The notes under the pieces are model-generated. The model saw only the letters and a list, made by a program, of their open reading frames with translations. It did no database searches and was not told the origin of the DNA. Positions 1-11,950 of a DNA stretch of 62,218 nt are shown one piece after another (position 1 is the stretch's first letter; each line of letters opens with the position of its first letter). Made by a program: the position numbers and the translations under genes. The stretch comes from Candidatus Kerfeldbacteria bacterium (GTDB lineage Bacteria; Patescibacteriota; Patescibacteriia; UBA9570), in NCBI GenBank assembly GCA_016182495.1, contig JACPGK010000020.1, positions 1 to 62,218 of the forward strand, in the 5' to 3' direction.

Positions 1-1
1 C

Positions 2-961
2 AGCACTATTGCTAACAATCAAAGCGGTGGCAAAGCTCTGTACACAACTGGCGGTACAACAACCATCACGAACAACACCATCTCTGGGGAGTATGGTATT
101 TATATGTCAGATGCTTCACCCACCGTGACCAACAACACGATCAGCAATTCGAGTGTGGGAATCTACGCTACCAACAACTCTAATCCAGTAGTCACCAACA
201 ACCGTATCTACTCTAACACTAGTTACGGTCTCAACAACACATCCAATGCAGTCACCATCAACGCTGAATCCAACTGGTGGGGTGATGCTTCTGGACCATA
301 CCATGCCGTGGATAACCCCACTGGACTAGGTAATAAAGTGAGTAACTATGTCGATGTGAACCCCTGGCTGACAACTGACCCAGCGTTAGGTGATATCACC
401 CCACCAGCCAACGTCACCCTGGGTACCATCACTAAAGATGTTTGGAACAAAACCATCAGCCTTAACTGGACCAATCCAGGAGATGCTGATTTTGATCATA
501 TCCGCATTGATCGCACCAGTCCCACTGGTACCGAAACTATGGCTGATGATGAAACAGGCACCAGCTACAGTGATACCACTCCTAACTACACCATCATCTA
601 TACTTACACTCTCTATGTGGTGGATACATCAAACAATAGTAGTTCTGGAGTAGTTACTCCAAACCAAAAACTGAAAAATCCAGCTCCAACCAACCTCACC
701 CTCACCCCTGGTGATACCACCATTATTGCTAGTTGGGTAGCCTCATCTGCCCCAGCCAATACCCTTGGTGGGTATACCATTTACTATGGCACCAATGCTG
801 ATAACCTCAACCAGAGCATTGACGTCAATAAAACAGAAACCAGTACAACTATCACTGGTCTCATCAATGGCCGTAAACATTACGTAGCCGTATCCGCCTC
901 GAATAAAGCTGGTGTTGAAAGTACTCGCACACCGGTGAAGAGTGCGCGGCCGAATTTGTAG
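2..961 (+). CDS. C-terminal part of a large surface protein: right-handed beta-helix repeats followed by fibronectin type III domains (5'-truncated by window edge)
   Basis: Frame is open from position 2 to the stop at 961; (V/I)TNNTI repeats, an NAESNWWGDASGP motif, and Fn3-like segments (LNWTNP, ASWVAS...YTIYYG...ITGL...YVAVSA). Confidence 0.85.
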   Translation, partial: STIANNQSGGKALYTTGGTTTITNNTISGEYGIYMSDASPTVTNNTISNSSVGIYATNNSNPVVTNNRIYSNTSYGLNNTSNAVTINAESNWWGDASGPYHAVDNPTGLGNKVSNYVDVNPWLTTDPALGDITPPANVTLGTITKDVWNKTISLNWTNPGDADFDHIRIDRTSPTGTETMADDETGTSYSDTTPNYTIIYTYTLYVVDTSNNSSSGVVTPNQKLKNPAPTNLTLTPGDTTIIASWVASSAPANTLGGYTIYYGTNADNLNQSIDVNKTETSTTITGLINGRKHYVAVSASNKAGVESTRTPVKSARPNL

Positions 962-965
962 AGAG

Positions 966-1027
966 TTGACGCTATCATTTATATAGTATATAATGGAAGT
1001 AAGAATATTTATTACTTCCATTATATA
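966..1027 (+). promoter_or_regulatory. Sigma70 promoter with overlapping 16-bp inverted-repeat operator for the abiE operon
   Basis: TTGACG 966-971, 17 bp, TATAAT 989-994; perfect IR TATATAATGGAAGTAA 987-1002 / TTACTTCCATTATATA 1012-1027. Confidence 0.85.
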
Positions 1028-1034
1028 AAATGAT

Positions 1035-1607
1035 ATGGATAGTGCAATTGTTAAGTTGTATCAATCCTCAAAAACCGTTCTGACGAATAAGGATCTAGCT
1101 TTAATTTGGGGTGAAACTCATCAGAACAACCTAAAGGCGAAAGTGGCGTATTACGTTAAACGAGGTACACTCATTCGGCTCACACGGGGTATTTTTGCAA
1201 AGGATAAAAATTACAATCCTAAAGAATTGGCGACAAGTATCTATACCCCTTCATATGTTAGTTTTGAAACAGTCTTGCGCGAAACCGGTATTATTTTTCA
1301 ACATTACGATACTATTTTTGTTGTTGGGCCGTGGACAAAAACAATCACTATAGATCGGTACACATTTACTTTCAGAAAATTAAAAGATGATGTGCTGTAT
1401 CATCCGGCTGGCATCGATCATCAGAGTAACTATAGTATTGCCACGCCCGAACGTGCTTTTTTAGACATGATTTATTTATTCCCCACATATTATTTTGATA
1501 ATCTTAGGCCATTGCACTGGGAAATTTGTTTTGCACTTGCTACGGTGTACAATAACAAACAGTTGATAAAGCGTTTACATAACTACCGTAAATCATATGC
1601 TCAATAG
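1035..1607 (+). CDS. AbiEi-family type IV antitoxin / winged-helix regulator
   Basis: N-terminal wHTH (LIRLTRGIF), SYVSFETVL and ATPERAFLD motifs; overlaps the downstream nucleotidyltransferase gene. Confidence 0.85.
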   Translation: MDSAIVKLYQSSKTVLTNKDLALIWGETHQNNLKAKVAYYVKRGTLIRLTRGIFAKDKNYNPKELATSIYTPSYVSFETVLRETGIIFQHYDTIFVVGPWTKTITIDRYTFTFRKLKDDVLYHPAGIDHQSNYSIATPERAFLDMIYLFPTYYFDNLRPLHWEICFALATVYNNKQLIKRLHNYRKSYAQ

Positions 1608-2340
1608 AGAAAAACACCAATTGATCATGGGCCGTATATTGCGAGACGTCTATAGTGATACCACTATTGCGCCGTTATTAGGATTTAAAGGTGGAACGTG
1701 CGCGTATTTTTTTTATCATCTTCCGCGATTTTCTGTGGATTTGGATTTTGACATACTGCAACAAGTTGATGATACGATCTGTCAGCAGGTATTTGGGAAG
1801 TTGAAAAATATTTTAAAACCATACGGTGAAATTAAAGATAGCCAGATCAAACGTTTTACAATATTTTTATTTTTGTCATACGGTGATTCCGATCACAATA
1901 TTAAATTTGAAGTAAATCTGCGTTCACACAATGCCGATGTAATAATGCACTATGAACTGAAAGAATACCTGGGTATTTCCATGTTGGTCGGAAAAAAAGA
2001 CTATTTATTTGCAACCAAATTAGCCGCTCTGACATTGCGTACCGAAATTGCTATGCGCGACATTTATGATATCTGGTTTTTTGCAAAAAATAATTGGGAT
2101 ATAAATGTTGAGTTGGTAGAAACGTTAACAGGAAAAAGCCTGGTTGATCATTTAGCCGATGTCATTACAACAATTGAACAAGTCAAGGACAACCAAATTT
2201 TACAAGGTTTAGGTGAGTTGATAAGCGAACCAGAAAAAATTTGGGCAAAAAAACATCTGCGGCAAGAAGCGATATTCTTTATTAGAAATTATCAAGCAGT
2301 GCTGACACAACGCCCCAGACCAGCCGTTGATATAAGTTAA
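1597..2340 (+). CDS. AbiEii/AbiGii-family nucleotidyltransferase toxin
   Basis: FKGGT...RFSVDLDF and K...RDIYD motifs. Confidence 0.9.
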   Translation: MLNREKHQLIMGRILRDVYSDTTIAPLLGFKGGTCAYFFYHLPRFSVDLDFDILQQVDDTICQQVFGKLKNILKPYGEIKDSQIKRFTIFLFLSYGDSDHNIKFEVNLRSHNADVIMHYELKEYLGISMLVGKKDYLFATKLAALTLRTEIAMRDIYDIWFFAKNNWDINVELVETLTGKSLVDHLADVITTIEQVKDNQILQGLGELISEPEKIWAKKHLRQEAIFFIRNYQAVLTQRPRPAVDIS

Positions 2341-2359
2341 GATGTTTCAAGTTTTTTAA

Positions 2360-2388
2360 TTGCCAAGCGAACAAAAATTTGCTATACT
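2360..2388 (+). promoter_or_regulatory. Sigma70 promoter, leaderless start at ATG 2395
   Basis: TTGCCA 2360-2365, 17 bp, TG-c-TATACT 2383-2388; ATG begins 7 nt after the -10 end. Confidence 0.75.
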
Positions 2389-2394
2389 TTGTTA

Positions 2395-2817
2395 ATGTTT
2401 ACATTAAACCAACAGGTGCGTGAACAATTAGCCAGCCTTGGCGTACTAGCGTTATATTTTTTCGGATCCCGTGCCTATGGCTTAGCCACTACCAGATCTG
2501 ATTTTGATTTTGGGGTATTGTTACGCGATCCTCTGGCAGTGACCCAAACGAGTCTAGAATTGTATCAACCAATCTATAATATTTTATCTAGCTTGATTCA
2601 TCCAGAAACATTAGCAGCAGATGTTATTGATATTGTATTCTTGGATAGTCCTCGTGTTCCATTAGAACTGAAATTTCATATTATTAGTCATGGCCAAGTA
2701 ATGTATGATATTGATCCCCAGCAACGTATCATCAGGGAAGAAAATTTTATGATCCAGCATGCTGATTTTGCCCCACTAAGAGTACAAATGAGGCAAGCTT
2801 TGTTAGCTCGTTTATGA
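2395..2817 (+). CDS. MNT minimal nucleotidyltransferase antitoxin (MntA-like)
   Basis: FGSRAYG...SDFDFGV motif; coupled to a HEPN gene. Confidence 0.85.
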   Translation: MFTLNQQVREQLASLGVLALYFFGSRAYGLATTRSDFDFGVLLRDPLAVTQTSLELYQPIYNILSSLIHPETLAADVIDIVFLDSPRVPLELKFHIISHGQVMYDIDPQQRIIREENFMIQHADFAPLRVQMRQALLARL

Positions 2818-3272
2818 ATGTGTTAGCCTTACAGCGAACTGCGATCGAGCCACGGTTAGATGGCATTCAAAAAGATCTTGAATTACTACGGCAGTTTGCT
2901 CATTTATCGTTTATTGAATTTACCAACGATGTCATTATTGATCGTGCTCAACTACACCTACGTTATATTTTAGAGGGAATTTTTCATATTGGTTCTCATA
3001 TTTTATCTCGCATACCAGGCGGTCGTTATACTGAATATAAAGAAATTGCCAGAAAACTTGGTGAATATAATATTGTGCCAAAAACATTCGCCGAACAAAA
3101 TTTGGTGAAAATGGCTGGCTATCGCAATCGCTTGACTCATTTTTATGCTGAAATTACCCCAGACGAACTGTACGCCATACTACAACAACACCTTAGTGAT
3201 GTAGAACTATTTCTCAAGGCAGTGAAGAAAGTAGTAGAACAACCAGAGCAATTTGGCTTAACCATTGAATAA
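2814..3272 (+). CDS. HEPN/DUF86 RNase toxin (HepT-like)
   Basis: GYRNRLTHFY RxxxxH motif; ATGA overlap with MNT. Confidence 0.9.
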   Translation: MNVLALQRTAIEPRLDGIQKDLELLRQFAHLSFIEFTNDVIIDRAQLHLRYILEGIFHIGSHILSRIPGGRYTEYKEIARKLGEYNIVPKTFAEQNLVKMAGYRNRLTHFYAEITPDELYAILQQHLSDVELFLKAVKKVVEQPEQFGLTIE

Positions 3273-3280
3273 TTTTTTGC

Positions 3281-4042
3281 ATGTTGTTTCTGTTCGCCGC
3301 CCTGCTGGGCTTAGGCATTGGTAGTTTTTTAAATGTAGTGATTATACGATTGCACAGCAACGAGCCTCTCACTGGTCGATCGCACTGTGTGTATTGTCAG
3401 AAGCAGTTGCGTTGGTTTGAATTACTACCGGTAGTATCATTCGTTGCCCTGGGCGGACGCTGCCGATATTGTCAGCAAGCTATTTCTTGGCAGTACCCAT
3501 TAGTTGAGTTAATTACCGCTGCCGTATTTGCCACTATTACTGTTTGGTTCAGTACCGATCCACTGCGATTAGGTGTTTATTTAGTGTATAGTGCTATTTT
3601 GATTGTGCTGTTTGTGTATGATGCGCGTTATTATTTAATTCCCGATATCATTACTTTACCGGCTATTATTTTTAGCATCATTATTAGCCTGCTATTGGGT
3701 AATCACTGGCTTAATATCATGCTGGCGCTAGCCGTTGGTAGCGGTGTTTTTTTACTGCAGTATGTAGCATCGGGCGGGCGCTGGATTGGTGGGGGCGATA
3801 TTCGCTTAGGCGCCTTAATGGGTGCTATGCTAGGTTGGCCAAATATTGTGGTGGCTTTGTTTTTGGCTTATTGTGGCGGTGCCATCGTAGCGGTAACACT
3901 GATGATTTTAGGCAAAAAAAAGATGACAGATCGTCTGCCGTTTGGTACATTTTTGTCAGCCAGCACCATTATTACATTATGTCTTGGTAATCAATTAGTA
4001 TATTGGTATCTCTATGAATTCCTCCGGCTTTACCATCGTTGA
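3281..4042 (+). CDS. pilD: Type IV prepilin peptidase
   Basis: GSFLNVVI, two CxxC pairs, GGGD catalytic motif, PFGTF. Confidence 0.95.
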   Translation: MLFLFAALLGLGIGSFLNVVIIRLHSNEPLTGRSHCVYCQKQLRWFELLPVVSFVALGGRCRYCQQAISWQYPLVELITAAVFATITVWFSTDPLRLGVYLVYSAILIVLFVYDARYYLIPDIITLPAIIFSIIISLLLGNHWLNIMLALAVGSGVFLLQYVASGGRWIGGGDIRLGALMGAMLGWPNIVVALFLAYCGGAIVAVTLMILGKKKMTDRLPFGTFLSASTIITLCLGNQLVYWYLYEFLRLYHR

Positions 4043-4589
4043 AGTACTAGTCACCGCAGCCATTATTGCTATTTTGGCTACGATTACGTCATTACAAACC
4101 GGTCGGCGCGACCCCGGTGGTTATGTACATGAAAGCAAAGAGTTATTGCGCTCAACCACCGAATTAGCTCGTACCTACGCTATGACTGGACATTTGTGTT
4201 GTAATAATTCCTATCCCCCGGATGGCTACGGAGTATTTTGGACCATGGATGGCGCTCCAGATCAAAGCTATATGTTGTATGCTGATTTAGATAATAATCA
4301 ACGCTACGATAGTGACGGTGTTGATCAAGTAATTACCAACCATAGTCTCGATGACGTGGTCAATTTTACCAGCTGTAGTGATGGTGCTACCACAATTACT
4401 CCCAATGCCTCACCACCCAATACCTGCGATATTCATTTTTCATTTGGTCAAGAAAACCAAGCTTACCATGTGTATTGGAATGGCATTGGCACTGGCATTG
4501 CAACGTTGGAAGCAACTGTGCAACATCAATCTGCCACCACTGAAACCGATACCATGACGGTGTTTACTAAAACATTTTTAATTGAATGA
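4014..4589 (+). CDS. Type IV minor pilin / pseudopilin (FimT/GspH-like)
   Basis: G|FTIVE cleavage-methylation motif plus hydrophobic helix. Confidence 0.85.
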   Translation: MNSSGFTIVEVLVTAAIIAILATITSLQTGRRDPGGYVHESKELLRSTTELARTYAMTGHLCCNNSYPPDGYGVFWTMDGAPDQSYMLYADLDNNQRYDSDGVDQVITNHSLDDVVNFTSCSDGATTITPNASPPNTCDIHFSFGQENQAYHVYWNGIGTGIATLEATVQHQSATTETDTMTVFTKTFLIE

Positions 4590-5230
4590 AATTGAACCAG
4601 GCTGGTCAAACGTTATTAGAATCACTCATTGCCATCGCCATTATTTTAATTGGTTTGGTTAGTTTAATTGGGTTACTCATCAGTATCAATCGCACAACTA
4701 TCGATGCTATTGACCAAGCCAAAGCTTTAGTGTTAGCACAAGAGGCCGTTGAAGCGATCCATTCAATGCGTGATAGTAACTGGTTAGAACGCGAAGCTGG
4801 GTTCGATGTTGATGATAGTGATGGGCTGCGTTCGGGCACCAATTACACTGGTGTTTACGTGTGGGACCCAACGGCTGATCCCTTGAGCGTGGCTATTATT
4901 GGTGGTACAGATATTAATCATCCTACGGCGATAGTGTATCAGGATGCTAACGGCTATTACCGTCAAAATGGTAGTTCACCCGAACCGAGTTGGACGCCAA
5001 CTATCTTTCGGCGTTGGCTTACGTTGTATCCTATTTGTCTTGATACCGTCACTAGTGTTGAATTAATTGTAAGCAATAATGGCACGGCCTGTAGTAATTA
5101 CACCTCTGGTTCCGGACCACCGTATCAAGAGATTGGTTTTCAAGTAGTCAGCACAGTGCAATGGACAAAACGCGGTACGCATAGCGTAACCGATGAAGAA
5201 TTACTATATAATTGGAAATATGCCGATTAA
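4586..5230 (+). CDS. Type IV minor pilin (PilV-like)
   Basis: G|QTLLE motif, LAQEAVEAIHSMRDSNW, C-terminal LYNWK. Confidence 0.85.
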   Translation: MKLNQAGQTLLESLIAIAIILIGLVSLIGLLISINRTTIDAIDQAKALVLAQEAVEAIHSMRDSNWLEREAGFDVDDSDGLRSGTNYTGVYVWDPTADPLSVAIIGGTDINHPTAIVYQDANGYYRQNGSSPEPSWTPTIFRRWLTLYPICLDTVTSVELIVSNNGTACSNYTSGSGPPYQEIGFQVVSTVQWTKRGTHSVTDEELLYNWKYAD

Positions 5231-5801
5231 ACGTTGGCGTCAACCAAGCGGTATGACCCTGATTGAAGTTTTGATCTCTGCCAGCGTGTTTATTATTGTC
5301 ATCGTTGTGGTGGTTGATCTCTTTTTATTGTTTTACCGATCATCGTATAACCAAGCCGAGCAAGAACAATTGCAAGCCGGCGTATTATATTTTTCACAGA
5401 TTATGTCTCGCCATGTGCGTACCAGTAAAATTGATTACGATCGTTATGGATCAAGTATAGTCAATCCAGTTAACGTACTCTATTTAGCCGAACAATACGA
5501 AGATATTAGTATCCAGCTGGGTGATAGTGCTAGTGGTATTGGTAATGATGGCCAAGTGTATTTATATGAATTTGATAGCAATACGTTATCACCACTTACG
5601 TCGGATGCCATCAATGCGGTGTATGTTGATACTGTACAGTTTTTTATTTATCCAGCCACTGATCCATTTGATCGATTAAACTTGAATCCACCCAATACTC
5701 AACCAACTGTGATGCTGGTGGTATCAGCGCATCACGTGGATGATCCTAGCCTGACTATTCAATATCAAACCTTAATTAGTTTGCGCCAATATGAACGATA
5801 A
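5220..5801 (+). CDS. Type IV minor pilin (PilW/PulJ-like)
   Basis: G|MTLIE motif; start moved to ATG 5220. Confidence 0.85.
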   Translation: MPIKRWRQPSGMTLIEVLISASVFIIVIVVVVDLFLLFYRSSYNQAEQEQLQAGVLYFSQIMSRHVRTSKIDYDRYGSSIVNPVNVLYLAEQYEDISIQLGDSASGIGNDGQVYLYEFDSNTLSPLTSDAINAVYVDTVQFFIYPATDPFDRLNLNPPNTQPTVMLVVSAHHVDDPSLTIQYQTLISLRQYER

Positions 5802-6615
5802 TCGCGGTTCAGTATTGGTAATTACGATGTTTATTTTACTAACCATCGGCCTTATGGCTGGAGTATTAACGGCTATTGTGGTGAATCAGTTAAAAATTAC
5901 GGTTAATTATTCTGGAGCTGCTAAAGCCTACTATGGCGCCGAAAGTGGCATTGAACGTGGGTTATTTTACGCTCAGCGGGCTCGCCTGCAAAAAACCATT
6001 GGTGCCACTGCCACGGCTGACACCATTAATCTGTTGAGTGGCTTTTTAAGTAATGGCGTTGGCTATCAAGTCGACGCCACGGCCCAACAAAATTCTTTCA
6101 CCTTCAATTTACCAGAAGATAACAGTACCCAGTTTGATATTTTTGCCGAAGATTATACTGATGGGTTTTTAACCATTGTGCCATTGAGCGGTGCCAAAAA
6201 TCTTACTGTCAATTGGATTGAACAATGTACCACGGCCACCCCACCATCACAGCTGGAATTAACCCTCTACCAATGGGAACCTACCCAATGGGAAGATTTA
6301 ACCGATCCAGCGGCGGTGCGCACCAATTACGTAGCCAGTTGCGCTGGAACGCCGTGTCAGTTTAATTTAGGCATGGATGATACGCATTTATATCGGGTGC
6401 GCTTAAAAGCCCTGCGCTGCGATTTAACCCAAGGCTTTGCACAAGTACTGAATGATACTTTCACACCATTAAATCTTACTACCACCATGACCATTGAAAG
6501 TACCGCTTTTTTTTCGATCAATGGTCAACGTATCACTGTGCAGAGTTTATGGAATCCGCCGGTCAATAGCTATGTCGACTACGTACTATTTTCTGAAGAC
6601 ACTATTACTAAATAA
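5791..6615 (+). CDS. PilX-like minor pilin
   Basis: RG|SVLVI without Glu5, AYYGAESGIE motif. Confidence 0.85.
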   Translation: MNDNRGSVLVITMFILLTIGLMAGVLTAIVVNQLKITVNYSGAAKAYYGAESGIERGLFYAQRARLQKTIGATATADTINLLSGFLSNGVGYQVDATAQQNSFTFNLPEDNSTQFDIFAEDYTDGFLTIVPLSGAKNLTVNWIEQCTTATPPSQLELTLYQWEPTQWEDLTDPAAVRTNYVASCAGTPCQFNLGMDDTHLYRVRLKALRCDLTQGFAQVLNDTFTPLNLTTTMTIESTAFFSINGQRITVQSLWNPPVNSYVDYVLFSEDTITK

Positions 6616-8607
<1,992 letters not shown>

Positions 8608-8625
8608 CATGCTATACTAGCTGAC

Positions 8626-8925
8626 ATGTCATTAAGTCGCGATCAAGTTATTCATATCGCTGGGTTGGCTCGCATCGCCTTAACCGAAGCCGAAATTGAA
8701 AAGTTTCAAAAGGAATTGTCATCTATTTTAGACTATGTACAACAGCTGCAATCAGTTAATACTACTGGTGTGCAACCGACTAGTCAGGTGACTGGTTTAG
8801 AAAATAGACGGCGGGCCGATATAGTGAATGCTCAATTCACTCGCGAACAAATGCTAGCCTCGGCAATCGAAACAGCCGAAGACCACCTTAAAGTGAAGAG
8901 TATTTTTAAAGGCTATGTTAGTTGA
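8626..8925 (+). CDS. gatC: Asp/Glu-tRNA amidotransferase subunit C
   Basis: HIAGLARI motif, position before gatA; TG-c-TATACT 8613-8618 lies 8 nt before the ATG (leaderless). Confidence 0.95.
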   Translation: MSLSRDQVIHIAGLARIALTEAEIEKFQKELSSILDYVQQLQSVNTTGVQPTSQVTGLENRRRADIVNAQFTREQMLASAIETAEDHLKVKSIFKGYVS

Positions 8926-10330
8926 TTTACGTCGGCAACTTGATAGTAAAACCATTTCAGCCGTGGAATTGACCGAGCAGTTTTTACGTACCATTGCCGA
9001 GAAAAATCCCCAACTCAATGCTTATGTCTCCGTACTAAACGACTATGCTATCGAACAGGCCAAGCGTTGCGATGATGATATTGCCCAAGGCCAAATTCAA
9101 CCGCTCACTGGTATTCCGTATGCTTTGAAAGATATATTTTGCGTTAAGGGTATTGAAACTACGGCGTGTTCGAATATATTACGTGGTTATATTCCACCAT
9201 ATAGTGCCACTGTCGCCGAACGATTACGCGCCGGTGTACTGTTAGGCAAAACCAATACCGATGAATTTACCATGGGTAGTTCTACAGAAACATCAGCCTT
9301 TGGCGTAACGCATAATCCGTACGATGCTGATCGCGTATCGGGTGGTTCATCGGGTGGTTCGGCTGCGGCGGTAGCCGCTGGGTTAGCCACGTTTGGTTTA
9401 GGCACCGATACGGGCGGATCAATTCGACAGCCAGCCGCTTTTTGTGGCGTAGTGGGTTTGCGTCCAACTTACGGGCGAGTATCACGCTATGGCGCCATTG
9501 CCATGGCCTCATCGCTGGATACGGTAGGGCCAATCACCGCTACGGTGGAAGATTGCGCCATTGTGCTAGAGCAGATTGCTGGTTTCGATGCCCTTGACGG
9601 CACTACCAGTGATCGACCAGTAGAACAGTATCAAGCCATATTACGCAATGTACCCACTGGCCTGCGAATTGGTTTACCAACCGAATATTTTGAAACGGAA
9701 GGTTTGCACCCCGGTATTCGACAAGCCATTGAACAGATTGTGCAGCAATTAAAGCAAGCTGGCCACACTGTGCAAGCGGTATCAATTCCGCATACCAAAT
9801 ACGCTGTACCAACTTATTATATTATTTGTCCGTGTGAGGTAAGTTCAAATCTAGCTCGTTATGATGGTATTAAATATGGTTTTCGAGCCGATTCAGCTGA
9901 AGAATTATTAGAAATTTATCAACAATCACGCGCTCAAGGTTTTGGTGTAGAGGCCAAACGTCGCATCATGATTGGTACGTATGCATTATCGGCTGGTTAT
10001 TACGATGCGTATTATCTCAAAGCCATGCAGGTACGCACTTTATTGCGACAAGATTTTGCCGCAGCCTTTAATGAAGTTGATGTGATGATTGCTCCGGTAA
10101 CACCCCAGCCAGCCTTTAAAATTGGAGAAAAAACAACCGACCCCATCCAAATGTTCTTAGAAGATGTGTTTACTATTCCTAGTAATTTGGCTGGTTTGCC
10201 AGCGATCACTGTGCCTTGCGGAAAAATTGATCAGCTCCCCATTGCCTTGCAAGTGATTGGTCCACAGTGGTCAGAAGGTCGATTATTGCAATTAGGCTAT
10301 CAAATTGAACACTTGCCACATGACTCATAA
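8915..10330 (+). CDS. gatA: Asp/Glu-tRNA amidotransferase subunit A
   Basis: Amidase signature GGSSGGSAAAV, DTGGSIRQP, SNLARYDG. Confidence 0.98.
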   Translation: MLVDLRRQLDSKTISAVELTEQFLRTIAEKNPQLNAYVSVLNDYAIEQAKRCDDDIAQGQIQPLTGIPYALKDIFCVKGIETTACSNILRGYIPPYSATVAERLRAGVLLGKTNTDEFTMGSSTETSAFGVTHNPYDADRVSGGSSGGSAAAVAAGLATFGLGTDTGGSIRQPAAFCGVVGLRPTYGRVSRYGAIAMASSLDTVGPITATVEDCAIVLEQIAGFDALDGTTSDRPVEQYQAILRNVPTGLRIGLPTEYFETEGLHPGIRQAIEQIVQQLKQAGHTVQAVSIPHTKYAVPTYYIICPCEVSSNLARYDGIKYGFRADSAEELLEIYQQSRAQGFGVEAKRRIMIGTYALSAGYYDAYYLKAMQVRTLLRQDFAAAFNEVDVMIAPVTPQPAFKIGEKTTDPIQMFLEDVFTIPSNLAGLPAITVPCGKIDQLPIALQVIGPQWSEGRLLQLGYQIEHLPHDS

Positions 10331-10341
10331 TTTGCTATACT
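10313..10341 (+). promoter_or_regulatory. Sigma70 promoter for the response regulator and ndk
   Basis: TTGCCA 10313-10318, 17 bp, TG-c-TATACT 10336-10341. Confidence 0.7.
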
Positions 10342-10377
10342 AATATCAATAGTTATTTTAATAAGTGATTTAAAATT

Positions 10378-10746
10378 ATGCCAAAAGTATTATTGGTTGA
10401 AGACGACGAGATGCTGCACGGCATGTATATTCATAAGTTTAAGAATCAAGGATACGAGGTAATTTCAGCGTATAATGGCGCTGAAGGGATAGAAAAATCT
10501 ATTACCGAAAAGCCGGATATTATTTTACTCGATGTGATTATGCCTAAAATGGATGGCTTTGTGGCTTTAAAAAAGATGCGTAAAAATAGTGATACCGCCA
10601 AAACACCCATCATCATGTTAACGAATTTAGGCCAAGATGAAGATATTCGTAAGGGTAAAGAACTCGGCGCTGATGATTATTTCATTAAAGCGAACCATAC
10701 CCCACAAGAAGTGGTTGATAAGGTAAAAACATTGCTCAATGGTTGA
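10378..10746 (+). CDS. Stand-alone response regulator receiver protein
   Basis: LLVEDD, LLDVIMP, MLTN, FIKA. Confidence 0.95.
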   Translation: MPKVLLVEDDEMLHGMYIHKFKNQGYEVISAYNGAEGIEKSITEKPDIILLDVIMPKMDGFVALKKMRKNSDTAKTPIIMLTNLGQDEDIRKGKELGADDYFIKANHTPQEVVDKVKTLLNG

Positions 10747-11203
10747 ACGCTCGCTGATTATTGTTAAGCCCGATGCTTTGCAGCGTAATTTATTGGGTGA
10801 GATCATTCATCGTTTTGAACGTAAAGGCCTTAAAATTGTTGGCCTAAAAATGGTGGCGATTGATGATATCAAAATTGTCGAACACTATTCGCATCATGCC
10901 GACAAACCTTTTTTTGCTGATTTAAAACGATTTATGCAGTCGTCGCCGGTGGTGATGTTTGTACTGGAAGGCTTTGAAGCGATTGACGCTATTCGTTTAA
11001 TTGTTGGTCCAACCAAAGGCCGGGCAGCTGATGCCGGCAGTATTCGGGGAGATTTTGCCATGAGCGTGCAGTATAATATTATTCACGCTTCCGATTCGGC
11101 TGAATCAGCTAAAGCTGAAATTGCTCGATTTTTTAGCAACAACGAATTATTTGCCTATAACAAAATTGACGTCGATTATATTTACGGCGCCGACGAACGG
11201 TAA
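10739..11203 (+). CDS. ndk: Nucleoside diphosphate kinase
   Basis: IVKPDA, GSIRGDF, NIIHASD. Confidence 0.97.
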   Translation: MVERSLIIVKPDALQRNLLGEIIHRFERKGLKIVGLKMVAIDDIKIVEHYSHHADKPFFADLKRFMQSSPVVMFVLEGFEAIDAIRLIVGPTKGRAADAGSIRGDFAMSVQYNIIHASDSAESAKAEIARFFSNNELFAYNKIDVDYIYGADER

Positions 11204-11216
11204 AAACGCCAGGCAA

Positions 11217-11245
11217 TTGACAATATCTTAAAGTCATTATATGAT
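11217..11245 (+). promoter_or_regulatory. Sigma70 promoter of the vapBC-like operon
   Basis: TTGACA 11217-11222, 17 bp, TATGAT 11240-11245. Confidence 0.8.
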
Positions 11246-11253
11246 GTATGTGT

Positions 11254-11514
11254 ATGATACATACATCACAAAGAACTCAAGTTTTACTACCGGTTGATCT
11301 TCGTAAGAAGATTGATCGCATGTGCAGTATAACTTCAGAGAGTTTGGGAGAGTTTTTGCGTAAGGCGGCACAGGAAAGGCTGGAAAGAGAGTTGCAAAAA
11401 AAGGCTTCTCTTACTAAACTCGCAGAAGAAGTGATTGGATCTCTGCACCAAGGTTCTTGGAAAGATATGGATGTAGTAGCTTGGCAGCGAGACATGCGAG
11501 CAGATCGAAATTAA
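11254..11514 (+). CDS. Ribbon-helix-helix antitoxin (VapB-like)
   Basis: RTQVLL beta strand followed by helices; directly upstream of a PIN gene; ATG 11254 fits the promoter better than 11248. Confidence 0.75.
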   Translation: MIHTSQRTQVLLPVDLRKKIDRMCSITSESLGEFLRKAAQERLERELQKKASLTKLAEEVIGSLHQGSWKDMDVVAWQRDMRADRN

Positions 11515-11515
11515 T

Positions 11516-11887
11516 ATGTTTTTAATTGACACTAATGTTTTGATCCTTGGCTTGGCAGGGAAAATGCCAGATGCCAAGTTTTTGCAACACGTCATAGAAG
11601 ATGAAACGTTCTGTCTCTCGGTTATTACAGTGGCGGAGTTTTTTACCCGAGCTTCGGGAGACGAGGAGAAAATTCTTGAAAAATTATTTCATGTTTTCCT
11701 ACCACTGGCTATTGATGAAAATGTGGCTAAACAAGCCGGTTGGTATAGAAAAAAATATTTTAAAAAAAGCCAAGCAAAACTGCCTGATTATTTTTTAGCT
11801 GCCCAAGCAAAAGTGTATCGTTGCACACTCGTGACTCATAATACTCGTGATTTTCCTATGAAAGATATTGAAATTGTTTCACCATAA
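11516..11887 (+). CDS. vapC: PIN-domain toxin
   Basis: IDTNVLI, SVITVAE, PDYFLAA, VTHNTRDF. Confidence 0.92.
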   Translation: MFLIDTNVLILGLAGKMPDAKFLQHVIEDETFCLSVITVAEFFTRASGDEEKILEKLFHVFLPLAIDENVAKQAGWYRKKYFKKSQAKLPDYFLAAQAKVYRCTLVTHNTRDFPMKDIEIVSP

Positions 11888-11910
11888 AATTTTTATAGTT
11901 CATCAAAAAT

Positions 11911-11939
11911 TTGACAAAAAAAATACTCTGCTTTATACT
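11911..11939 (+). promoter_or_regulatory. Near-consensus sigma70 promoter of the aromatic amino acid operon
   Basis: TTGACA 11911-11916, 17 bp, TATACT 11934-11939. Confidence 0.9.
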
Positions 11940-11950
11940 TCGGTAACACT

